Of a DNA stretch of 64,000 bases, positions 27,853-43,336 are shown one piece after another (positions within the stretch are counted from its first letter, which is position 1; the number at the start of each line of letters is the position of its first letter). The translations under genes and the position numbers were made by a program. The notes beneath the pieces are model-generated. The model ran no database searches and was not told the DNA's origin. It saw nothing but the letters and a program-made list of their open reading frames with translations. The stretch is from the human T2T-CHM13v2.0 reference genome, Homo sapiens. The DNA lies in NCBI RefSeq assembly GCF_009914755.1, contig NC_060938.1, one strand, 5' to 3'.

Positions 27853-28228
27853 GGAGAAGACACAGTTGCCCCAGGCTGTGCACAGGTGGCCTGGTGCTTC
27901 CTTCCTCTGTGAGGCCTCCGTTTTCAGAGTAACAGTGGCCGCTAGGTGATGCCCGACGTCTGCCAATGAGAGTGTCAGCCCGGAACGAATTGGGATCCCC
28001 AGGGGTGGGGTGGGGGGAAGGATGGAGGCCCCCACAGCACAGTGGGTCACCGCGCCCTCCCAGGAGATCCCCACAACTAATCGACCAGGGCCCCTGGGGG
28101 GACACAGCCTATAAATTGTTGCAAACTTGAACTTCTGTCAGCTAGCCTTCTAGTGAGTGTCATACACCAGCCAAGCAAGCAATGAGCTACCTCACAACCC
28201 AAGTTTCTTTTTTGCCCCACAGCTCTCC

Positions 28229-28495
28229 TTTTTTTTCCAAGGATAGAGTGCAGTGGCACAATCATAGCTCACCGCAGCCTCGAACTCCTGGGCTCAAGTA
28301 ATCATCCCATCTCAGACTCCCTTGCAGCTAGGACCACAGGCATGTGGCACCATGCCTGGCTAATATTTTATTTTTTTGTAGAAACAGTGGTGTCACTTTG
28401 TTGCCCAGACCAGTCTCGAACTCCTGGCCTCAAGTGATCCTCCTGCCTCAGCCACCCAAGGTGCTGGTATTACAGGCATGAGCCACCGCACCCGA
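28229..28495 (-). mobile_element. AluJ (Jo/Jr-like), 3' end partly deleted
   Basis: atcatagctcaccgcagcctcgaactcctgggctcaag and ctcctggcctcaagtgatcctcctgcc AluJ diagnostics. Confidence 0.88.
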
Positions 28496-28781
28496 TCATC
28501 CTAAGTGTTTTGAGGGTGGTGTTTCTCTTGTGAATTGAAAAAAATCAGACCAATAGAGTCTGCCTCAGGCTCAGGAGCTGGTTGACATTGACATTGACTA
28601 GCCTGTTCTCAGCATGCTAACAGAATCAGGTTTCTGAACCTACACTGCTGTGGATGTCTGACCTCAAACCAGGGTGAATTTACCTAGGAAATGTCATTCC
28701 AGAGGCCCCTTGCAGCCTGCCAGCCTCCTCTGGTGATACCCCCAGTTTAATATGCCCTTCATGCAAACCTCAATCATAACA

Positions 28782-29497
28782 CAGTAGCCCCCCTTATCTG
28801 CAGTTTCACCTTCCTCAGTTTCAGTTACCTGTGGTTAACTGTAGTCCTAAAATATTAGATGGAAATTTCTAGAAACAAACAATTCATCAGTTTTGAATTG
28901 CATGCCTTTCTGAGTAGCATGATGAAACCTGGCACTGTCCTGTCCAGGATGTGAGTCCTTCCTTTGTTCAGTGTGTCTACACTGTCTATGCTTCCTTGCC
29001 CCTTAGTCATTCAGTAGCCATCTCTGCTATCAGATCAACTGTTGAGGTATGGCAGTGCTGGTGTTCAAGTCACCCTTATTTTACTTTATAATGTCCCCAA
29101 AACACAAAAGTAGTGATGTTGGCCATTCGAATACACCAAAGACAGACCATGAAATGCTTCCTTTAAGTAAAAAGTGAACATTCTCAACTTAGTAAGAAAA
29201 AAAATCAGTGTTGAGGTTGCTAAGATCTACAGAAAGAACGAATCTTCTATTGGTGAAATTGTAAAGAAGGAAAAAGAAATCTGTACTAGTTTTGCAGTTT
29301 CACCTCAAACTGCAAAAGTTACAGCCACAATGCACAATAATTGCTTAGCTCAGATGGAAAAGGCACAAAGTTTGTCAGGGCAAGACATGAAAAGAAATGT
29401 GTTCCTATTGACGGCAATTGCGTTCGGTACTATCCGAGGTTTCAGGCATCCACTGGGGTCTTGAAACATATCCCTTGAGGATAAGGGATGACTATAT
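28782..29497 (+). mobile_element. MER44C-like (Tigger7-derived TcMar-Tigger) DNA transposon
   Basis: TIRs cagtagccccccttatctgc / ggataagggatgacta; ORF 29174-29464 (EVAKIYRKNESSIGEIVKKEKEI...SPQTAKVTAT) is a Tigger transposase N-terminal HTH remnant. Confidence 0.8.
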
Positions 29498-31150
29498 GAC
29501 CTAGTGTGGGTAGAACTAGAGCCCTGGGATAGGAACCACGAGACCCAGAACTGAAAAACAAATCAGAGTGTAGGATTTAATAGGCAGGACCTGGTGGAGT
29601 TGGAGGGGATTTACCAGGAGAACACACAGCCCAAGAGCAGGATCACAGTCCTGCTGAGCAGTGGGCGTGCAGGAGGAGCCCGGGCTCCTGTATCACTGGG
29701 AGGAAGATCCTAGTAGGGGTGAGTGGGGTGGGGATGAGAACTCCTGTTTCCTCTCCCTGGTAAGATTCAACGAGATACGATCTTTAAAGACGCATCAAAA
29801 TGACAAAGGGAATTTTAAAATGCATCTTTGTCAGGGGTGCGGATGGCCCACAGACATATTTTGAAACAAGCTATTTGTTGTGAGCTCCCCGGATCCTGAC
29901 CTGGGATGACTCTACTTTGTTTCCCAAGGGTAAGTGTGAAAACCATCTCTCCTTGGGAAGAAAAATAAAGGGGGAAAAATGTCCCATTATAACCTGGCCT
30001 TCTTTGTTATTTTAGTGCCTACTGTCATCCAAGTCATTTCAAAAATCTGAAAGGAAATTTTATTTTTAAATTCATAATGTTGACCAAAGAGACTTGCTTT
30101 TATTATGCTCGTAAATCATTCATACCTCCTTTATAATAAAGAATTATTTTTTAATTTTTATAATGCTTTTTTTCCTGCTTTCTTCCCATCATAAGAGGAA
30201 ATGAGAATAATATTTTATGTTAATAGGAACAAAATGTTTAAAATGTATGCACTGTATAGAAATCTTATAAAATGTTTCAGTGGAACCTTTTTTTTAACCA
30301 ACAAAGGAAATGAAACACAAAAAGCCACATTAAAAGAATGCTGATGATTTTTACTTTAACGAGGAACCTGAGAGGAGTGAATTATGAATGGGTGGAGGGG
30401 AGCCCCTGAGAGAAAACTATATTCCGTGGAACTCATGTGGCAAGGGGCTGTCTGAGGGCTGCAAACACCTCCCCACCTTCTCTCCCTCTGGCCCAGATCC
30501 CAATAGTAAGCCCAGCCCCGGATCTCAGGTGCACTATCTGCTGGCCAGCCACTCAGAGAGGCCAGGAAAGTCTCAGAGGGGTGGAAATCCCTGACCTCAG
30601 CCTCCAGACATGAAGGCAGGTGCTGCACTAGAGGAAAGCTTCTCCCTCTGCTAGAGAAACATCATGACTCCTTGGTTCAGGCAATTGCTCCAAAGAATCC
30701 CTGGGACTTTGCTTTTATACACTGAAGGGTTAACAAGCAAGGGAAGAGAGCCTGGAGGCCCATCAGAACCCACAGCATCAGGGGAAGTAGTGGTGGGAAA
30801 CAAGAACATTTGAAACGGAGTCATGTCTTTGGCACTGACAGAGTGGCATGAGGCTGCTGCAAACACACCGGTGAGGGCAAAGGCTTGTACTTTGCAGTGG
30901 GACCATTTGCATTCCAGCGGGACAGCAGTTTGGGGCGAACAGACTTCCCAGCTTCCAGAGAAATTTATGCACTGTGTTTGCTGATCTCAGTACCTTCCTG
31001 TGGGAACAGCCACACTAAGTCCTCCTGCAAAGTGAATGGAGCCCCAGAGCAGTGCAGGAAGGACCTTACCCCAAAAGCAAAGCAATCAAAATTGGCAACT
31101 GCCCCTTGGCATGAACTCTAAGAAATGGAGAAGGGCCCTTTCCTACCTAC

Positions 31151-31510
31151 TGTTGAATACAATTTATAGAAGGCCAATGTCTTGGAATGGGCTCTTGCAC
31201 TGGGCCCAACAGACCAAACCAGTATAGAGCTTACTCACAGTAGCTGAGATTTAGTGGATTTCAGGAGGCTTTGTAACCAATGAACCAATTAAGCTATAAC
31301 TAAGTTGTCTCTATACCTCACTTTGGTTTTCTATAAATATTGTCAGATCGTGCTGTTAACTGGAGTTCTCAAAACCTGTTTTGGTTCTGACAGCTACCTG
31401 ATTTGTGAATTGTTTTTGTTTTATTTTTGCTTTGGTTTTCTTTGCTTTGTTTTGTTTTTAATTGCTCAGATATGCTCCACTGAGCATAAATTGGTGAAAG
31501 GTTTTTAAAC
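31151..31510 (+). mobile_element. ERV1 solo LTR (MER31/MER67-like), internally deleted
   Basis: tgttgaatacaatttatagaaggcca...gcactgggcccaacagaccaaacca...ttctataaata...gttttggttctg. Confidence 0.5.
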
Positions 31511-31809
31511 CACCCACCACCAAAACACCGTTCACTGAGTTACTGACATCTAAAATATCCAAAAGGCTTTGAAAGAGTCTTATCTTTTGCTAAAATTCTG
31601 TTTTAGATATTTACAGCTAATGCAATAAAGGAATCACAACTTTTGGAGAGCAGATTTTGATAAATGAGGAAGGGGAAAGAGGTGAGAAGGGGGAGAAAAC
31701 ATATTCTGAAGACCCCTTATAAGCCAATTATTTTGCCTGAGTTCTTTTTACATTTATCTCATTTAATTCTCACAATAGCCCTTATAAATAGGTATTAGCT
31801 CCTGAAATG

Positions 31810-31990
31810 GTGTTTCTCCATTTCCCAGCTTTCTTTATCCTAAGCATTCATTTGCTGCCCTGTGGAATCCAAAGGCCCCTGTTTCTGGTAGGGATCAGCC
31901 AATGGGAGGCAATGGTATAAGATCACAAGGTAAGAGAAGAGAGAGATCGGGATTTCTTCCCTAGTCCCTCCATGTTTTCAAGCTGCATTT
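31810..31990 (-). mobile_element. LTR33/LTR16-like ERVL LTR fragment
   Basis: ttctggtagggatcagccaatgggaggcaatgg...agatc...gagagagatcgggatttcttccctagtccctcc. Confidence 0.45.
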
Positions 31991-32303
31991 GTGTCCGCAG
32001 CTGCTTTTCATTACAAGCCTTTAATATTCAACTTTTTTTAAATTTTCTTCTAAATTTTTTATTTCTTTTTATTTTTTATTTATATATATATATCTTTTTA
32101 TTATACTTTAAGTTCTAGGGTACATGTGCACAACGTGCAGGTTTGTTACATATGTATACATGTGCCATGTTGGTGTGCTGCACCCATTAACTCATCATTT
32201 ACATTAGGTATATGTCCTAATGCTATCCCTCCCCCGTCCCCCCACCCCACAACAGGCCCCGGTGTGTGATGTTCCCCTTCCTGTGTCCAAGTGTTCTCAT
32301 TGT

Positions 32304-36120
<3,817 letters not shown>

Positions 36121-36183
36121 TATGATGTTAGCTGGTTATTTTGCTCATTAGTTGATGCAATTTCTTCCTAGCATTGATAGTCT

Positions 36184-37198
36184 TTACAATTTGGCATGTT
36201 TTTGCAGTGGCTGGTACCGGTTGTTCCTTTCCATGTTTAGTGCTTCCTTCAGGAGCTCTTGTAGGGCAGGCCTGGTGTGACAAAATCTCTCAGCATTTGC
36301 TTGTCTGTAAAGTATTTTATTTCTCCTTCACTTATGAAGCATAGTTTGGCTGGATATGAAATTCTGGGTTGAAAATTCTTTTCTTTAAAAATGTTGAATA
36401 TTGGCCCCAACTCTCTTCTGGCTTGTAGAGTTTCTGCCAAGAGATCCACTGTTAGTCTGATGGGCTTCCCTTTATGGGTAACCCAACCTTTCTCTCTGGC
36501 TGCCCTTAACATTTTTTCCTTCATTTCAACTTTGGTGAATCTGACAATTATGTGTCTTGGATTTGCTCGTCTCGAGGAGTATCTTTGTGGCATTCTCTGT
36601 ATTTCCTGAATTTGAATGTTGGCCTGCCTTGCTAGATTGGGGAAGTTCTCCTGGATAATATCCTGCAGAGTGTTTTCCAACTTGGTTCCATTCTCCCCAT
36701 CACTTTCAGGTACACCAATCAGACATAGATTTGGTCTTTTCACATAGTCCCGTATTTCTTGGAGGCTTTGTTCATTTCTTTTTATTCTTTTTTCTCTGAA
36801 CTTCTCTTCTTGCACCATTTCATTCATTTGATCTTCAATCACTGATACCCTTTCTTCCAGTTGATTGAATCGGCTACTGAAGCTTGTGCATTCGTTACGT
36901 AGTTCTCGTGCCATGGTTTTCAACTCTATCAGTCCTTTAAAGACTTCTCTGCATTCGTTATTCTAGTTAGCCATTCGTCTAATTTTTTTTCAAGGTTTTT
37001 AACTTCTTTGTGAAGGGTTTGAACTTCTTCCTTTAGCTCGGAGAAGTTTGATTGTCTGAAGCCTTCTTCTCTCAGCTTGTCAAAGTCATTCTCCGTCCAG
37101 CTTTGTTCCGTTGCTGGTGAGGAGCTGTGTTCCTTTGGAGGAGGAGAGGTGCTCTGATTTTTAGAATTTTCAGTTTTTCTGTTCTGTTTTTTCCCCAT
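36184..37198 (-). pseudogene. L1 ORF1 (RNA-binding chaperone), frameshifted
   Basis: MGKKQNRKTENSKNQSTSPPPKE...; DYVKRPNL, ARRE, YPAKL motifs; broken near 36925 and 36275. Confidence 0.95.
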
Positions 37199-38210
37199 CT
37201 TTGTGGTTTTATCTACCTTTGGTCTTTGATGATGGTGACATACAGATGGGGTTTTGGTGTGGATGTCCTTTGTGTTTGTTAGTTTTCCTTTTAGCAGTCA
37301 GGACCCTCAGCTGCAGGTCTGTTGGAGTTTGCCAGAGGTCCACTCCAGACCCTGTTTGCCTGGGTATCAGCAGCAGAGGCTGCAGAACAGTGAATATTGC
37401 TGAACAGCAAATGTTGCTGCCTGATCGTTCCTCTGGAGGTTCCTTCTCAGAGGGGTACTCGGCCCTGTGAGGTGTCAGTCTGCCCCTACTGGGGGGTGCC
37501 TCCCAGATAGGCCACTCAGGGGTCAGGGACCCACTTGAGGAGGCAGTCTGCCCATTCTCAGATCTGAAACTCCATGCTGGGAGAACCACTACTCTCTTCA
37601 AAGCTGTCAGAGAGGGACATTTAAGTCTGCAGAGGTTTCTGCTGCCTTTTGTTTGGCTATGACCTGCCCCCAGAGGTGGAGTCTACAGAGGCAGGCAGGC
37701 CTCCTTGAGCTGCCGTGGGCTCCACCCAGTTCGTGCTTCCTGGCTGCTTTGTTTACCTACTCAAGCCTCAGCATTGGCGGGCGCCCCTCCCCCAGCCTCG
37801 CTGCCGCCTTGCAGTTTGATCTCAGACTGCTGTGCTAGCAATGAGTGAGGCTCCATGGGAGTGGGACCCTCTGAGCCAGGCACGGGATATAATCTCCTGG
37901 CGTGCCATTTGCTAAGACCATTGGAAAAGCGCAGTATTACGGTGGGAGTGACCCAATTTTCCAGGTGCCATCTGTCACAGCTTTGCTTGGCTATGAAGGA
38001 ATTCCCTGACCCCTTGTGCTTCCCAGGTGAGGCGATGCTTCACCCTGCTTTGGCTCACGCTTGCTGCGCTGCACCCACTGTCCGACAAGCCCCAGTGAGA
38101 TGAACCCGGTACCTCAGTTGGAAATGCAGAAATCACCTGTCTTTTGTGTCGCTCACACTGGGAGCTGTAGACTGGAGCCCCCAGTCTATTCGGCCATCTT
38201 GGAACCAACC
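37199..38210 (-). promoter_or_regulatory. L1 5'UTR internal sense promoter and antisense promoter region, YY1 site intact
   Basis: YY1 motif CAAGATGGCC on the minus strand at ~38192-38201; UTR ~1.01 kb, i.e. the long pre-L1PA3 form; many CpGs decayed. Confidence 0.75.
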
Positions 38211-38997
38211 GGTTGTCCAATATTCAACTCTTAAACTATTGTATTACTTTGATAAAAATTAAATTTTAGAAATTAAGAATGGGCTACAGGGAGGCCATTG
38301 GAGAGGGAGGCGACAGGTAGCTAGCTACCTGGGAACTGAAATATTACACTTGGGATCTTGAAACTGCTGGAGTCTAATCAGTTTTGTGGGGACCGACACT
38401 GCATCACACATTACACACAAGCCCATCAGCCCAGAACCACAGGTAGCCCAGGTTGGTGGCCCATGTTGTCCAGCTCTTCCCTAATCCAGGTGGGTCCTTT
38501 GTCTTCTTGCTTGGGGTAGTTTTTACCTCTTGTCTTCACTTGAAATTGATAAGCTTAATGAAGCCCACAGGCCCAAAAGCCCCCTCCACTGTTTGCTTGA
38601 GGAGAAGTAAATAGTTCTTTGATAAATAGGTAGTCTCTGTCCAGCTCTGATATCTGGCTCTGTTCAGATTCATTCTCCATCGTGACTCTTGCTGGACACA
38701 GCCTAATGATGTGCAAATGATGATCAGTACCTGTCTCTTTGCTACCGCAACGGAAAAAAAATCATAGCTTGGTTCACTAACAAAATTAAATAAATAAAAC
38801 TTATAAGAACACTAAACATTGGATTTTTACTGCTCATGTAAAAATGGCACAAAACAAACATACCACATCAATAACAAGAACATCACCTGTTTTCATATCC
38901 CTGGGGTTTTATTACCTAAAGTGTGTTATAGTGAAACTGGATAGTTAATTTAAAATATAATTTTTCTTTTGTTACGCTCATTTTATTTTGAATTTGA

Positions 38998-39312
<315 letters not shown>

Positions 39313-40269
39313 AAGACATGCTTTTTGATGTCTATAAATGAAGACCTTTTTAAACTACACAGGTCTTTTGACATGAACAGAATAGCTGTTAATCTGAAAA
39401 AAAGTGGCCCTTTTAAGGAAGCCATCAGAATTTTACTGTGCAAAAATCAATATCTGTGAATGGGAGTTCTGGCATGCAGTCAACCAGTAAGGGAATGTTT
39501 CACAACAGTAATAACCCCTTACCAGCTGGGACTGCCCCATGCTCCAACCTTTTAGTAGATGAGACAGACCTGGTTGGAAAGTGTTCATTGTTTTCAGAGA
39601 AGTATGCATTATTTGCATACCAATCCTATCAAGGAGAAAATAAGTAGCTATAAATTCACAACTTTGTGTAGAGAGTGGGACTTAAATCAGGAAGGACTGT
39701 ATATCTCATCACTGTCTGCAGGAAGCTTAAGAATAAAGCCTACATACGTGCTTTGTAAATAAGAGAAATGTGTTATATCTTTTTCCTAAAGACCAGCTTT
39801 ATTAGAGATGCAGAGTAAAATGCTGTCAAATGAGCAAGGATATGCACAATTCTGTTGAGCCAGAAATGCCTAAGAAAGCTCTTACATAAAGTCAGAGATA
39901 ATGTGCCTGATGATGACCAAGAGACACCCCATAATCCCAGGAGCTTTCTGGCTCAACTAAGGCTATGTTGTTTCCCATAGAATTTTATTGCTAAGTCTGG
40001 GTTATGACATCCCCGTTCTTGATGAAGTCATAATTTTCATACAGTGTGCATATTACTACTTCCATAGCATACAGACTATTTTAACAATCTGTGCAATTAA
40101 TGCTTGAGCTAGCTCCAAGAAACTATATTTTCAAAACTTTTTAAATGAAGTTATGCATTAACATAGCCAATTCAAATCACTTTCTATGGCCGTCAATTAC
40201 ACTTCCTTTGTGGCAAATGTAATATCATCATCATCATGACTAATATAAGTAATATGAATAACAAAAAAT

Positions 40270-40620
40270 AACACCAGCTAAGAGCTCCCAAATACTTAAC
40301 TCTGTGCCAGCCACTTTCATGTCAAGCTTACAAGTCTGATGCTCAGTTAAGCCTTACAGACTCCCTTGAAGGATACAGGGACTACTATCAACCCCACTTT
40401 TCAAATTCAACATTCAGTATATATTTATTAAGTTCTTAATGTGTTCCAGGTGCGGATCTGAGTGTACAGCTGTAAACAAGTCTGATATGAAGCCTGTTTT
40501 GTCATGTGAAATACAAAATAAATAAGCAAACCAATACGTAAACAAGATCATTTCAGGTGGTGAAAAATTCCATGAAGAAAATACAATGAGGTAATGTTAA
40601 CGATAGTGACTATTCTCTTT
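40270..40620 (-). mobile_element. MIR (~40270-40400) and L2 (~40410-40620) fragments
   Basis: tacttaactctgtgccagccact...actatcaaccccactttt; cattcagtatatatttattaagttcttaatgtgttccaggtg. Confidence 0.5.
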
Positions 40621-42073
40621 CACATTACCTCATTGCGGGTAGAGATTGGGGACAAGAGAAGAGTTCTTTGAGAAATGATAGGAGCAGGAGCTGGTATTTG
40701 AGCAGTTACTCGTGTGTAGGTTGTGGGAAGATGGTTGGTCAGCCTGGCTTGGTCTCACTACTGTTTTCATTGGATATAAAATCTCCCGCACTGACCAAAG
40801 CTTTGGTGCTCCATCACAACTCACACCCACTGCATTGTTTGTCTTCTATACCCCAAAGGGCTATGTTGCTGTGAGATTTTTGTCCAATTAACAGTATTTA
40901 CATAGCATGCTCATGCCCCTCCTTTCCAGTGATACATGAACAACCACTCTTTAATCTCCCAGTACTGTTTTTATATAAGCACATTTTCTTTCCAGTATCC
41001 AGCATTTTAGTTTTAAATCATCCAGGTTATAGCTACTGTGTGTTATCAGAACCAGCTGTTTGGCTCTTTTCAACTGTTCTGAACACACTGAATAGGAATA
41101 GAAGCATAGAGGTATTTCTGATGAACATAGAACACGCACACACACAAACACACACACAATCAGAGGTAGCATTAAAACTAAACAAATCTGGCACAGCATT
41201 CATCAGCTTCATAAATACCAAAACACCCACATGCTTTTTGTTCAGCATGATATATGTTTTCAAGAGAGATGCTTTAAATTTTTCATTTTGTGCCAAGGTA
41301 AGTTTTATGCCTCTGTAATGTACAACATATGGATCTTATGATATTATGCATTATTTGCATCCCAATAAAACAGCTCATTAATCAAATAGCCTATTGTAAC
41401 CTCCAGCTGCAGAAACCACAAAACACACCCAAGAAGGAGAGTCATTTTTAACTCAAAATGTGTCCTTTTAAAATAATATTTTTCTGATCATGTTAAACAG
41501 TGGCCAAATATATGAGAAATGTTAGGGCAGTGGAAAAGAAATGATAGCAAGGACACAGCCAGCTCCAAAACCTACATGCTGATTTTTCTTCCTGACTTTA
41601 GGCCACATGTTCTGCTTTCCTCTGGTTGATTTTGAATGTTGTTTTCATATGGAGTCAAAACAAGGTCTTTTTGTAACAACCAACATTTAGCTATAATCAT
41701 GTACAGCTAAATGGAGCAGTTTCATTGTTGAAGAGTTCATTAGAGAAGTAAATTGGAATTTTACACCCACATCAACTATTGCAAACTCACCAAACCTAAT
41801 GAAATATGCAAACAAGACTATGCACCCCATTCTACTGATTCTTTCGCATCAGCTCTTGACACGCATGTCAGCCAGGGTCTTAATGGCAAGCAATAAAATC
41901 CATCTCCAACTGATTTAATCAAAGGAGGATTTTTTTGGAAAGATGTTGAAGGGAAGGTGCTGCTGTTAACAATCAGGGAGGAGGCAAAGAATCAGGCTTG
42001 GGAGTGAGTAGGAAACCAGGGAGCTACAAAGGGACCTAAGGCTAGCAGCACAAAACACAGCAACAGCTCTCAG

Positions 42074-42990
42074 TGCTAGAATAAAAATATATATTTGGTC
42101 TTGATCTCAGGTTCCTGGCACAGGGTGCCTAAAACCCTTGGGATTTCCTGAGTAATAGGAGTGTCTCTGTTGTTCATAATGAACCACTTTGGAACACACC
42201 TGAGTCTATGCTAATGCTGATGAGGTGACTCCTGGTGGGGTTCCTAGACGACTTCAGAATTGGGACTGGTCCTTGGAAAGACCAAACACAAGATTAGAGG
42301 CAGGCACCCTCAGTCCCACCCCACCCCCCAGCCCTAGGGAAGGGAGGAGTGCTGGAGGTTGGATTATAAAAACTCTTGAATGGGAGGCTTGGAGGGCTTT
42401 CAAGTTGGTGAACACATAAACACGCCAGAAGGATGGCGCACCCGGACTCCAAAGGAAAGAGGCTCTTGGGCTTACAACCTTTTCAGACCCCACCCTATGT
42501 ACCTCTTCATCTGGCCATCCATTTGTATCCTTTATAATAAACTAAACAGTGTTAAAAAGGAAACTTGACACAAATGAAACTTCACAGAGTTTCACTGAAC
42601 AAAGAACGATTCATGCAGAATTGAGCAGCTTTGAACTAGAAAAGGTTCAGAGAGACTTCAGCACTAGTGTGTGGTCGAAGAAGATTTATGGACAGAAAAA
42701 GGAAAGTGATGTACAGAAAATGAAAGTGAGGTATAGAAACAGCCAGATTGGTTACAGTTTGGTGTTTAATTTGAAAACTGAACAGTTGGCCATTCTTGAC
42801 TGGCTGAAACTTGGTGCTTGGCACAAGAGTAGGTTACAGTCTGTTTACACATCCAGTTATATTACAGTTCACTATGTATGGAGAAACCTTTAGGCCAAAT
42901 TTAAAATACGTAAGGGAGCAGCTTTAGGCTAAACCTAACAATAGTAAAGTATAGCATTTTCCTGAGTTCTGTGAGTCATTCTAGCAAATA
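42074..42990 (+). mobile_element. MER21 (C-like) LTR, split by MER57
   Basis: ggttcctggcacagggtgcctaaaacccttgggatttcctgagtaatagg...acacctgagtctatgctaatg...tgtatcctttataataaac; resumes tttcctgagttctgtgagtcattctagcaaat. Confidence 0.75.
42550..42940 (-). mobile_element. MER57 (B-like) ERV1 solo LTR
   Basis: TG...CA termini; gatttatggacagaaaaaggaaagtgatgtacagaaa, gagaaacctttaggcc, gcagctttaggctaaac; 4-bp TSD acag/atag. Confidence 0.8.
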
Positions 42991-43069
42991 CACAAACACA
43001 TACACACACACATGCATATTTGATATACATATATATATAATATATGAGACATCCATAGTATTTGTATAT

Positions 43070-43336
43070 ATAAGAGGGTATTTTTCATTGTGGCCAACAT
43101 CTACAATTAGTTGACTCTAAATAAATGACATTATCCTTAATAATCTGGGTGGGTTTAGCCAATCAGTTGAAAGGCCTTAAGAACAAAAGAATATTTAAGA
43201 ACAAAATTTAAGAACAAAACAGAGTTTTCCCTGAGGAAGAAGAAGAAACTCCACCTCCATATAGAAACATCCGGTTATGAGAGTTTCCAGCCTGCTAGCC
43301 TGTAAGAGTTTCAGACTTGCTACCCTACAATTACAT
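43070..43336 (+). mobile_element. MLT2D-like LTR fragment, opposite orientation to the adjacent ERVL
   Basis: attatccttaataatctgggtggg...ccaatcagttgaaaggccttaagaacaaaa...gagtttccagcctg...tttcagacttgc. Confidence 0.65.

Noticed and set aside
29174-29464. Domesticated Tigger/CENP-B-like gene
   Set aside because: Only a decayed N-terminal HTH fragment inside a non-autonomous MER44C element; no DDE domain and no ATG start
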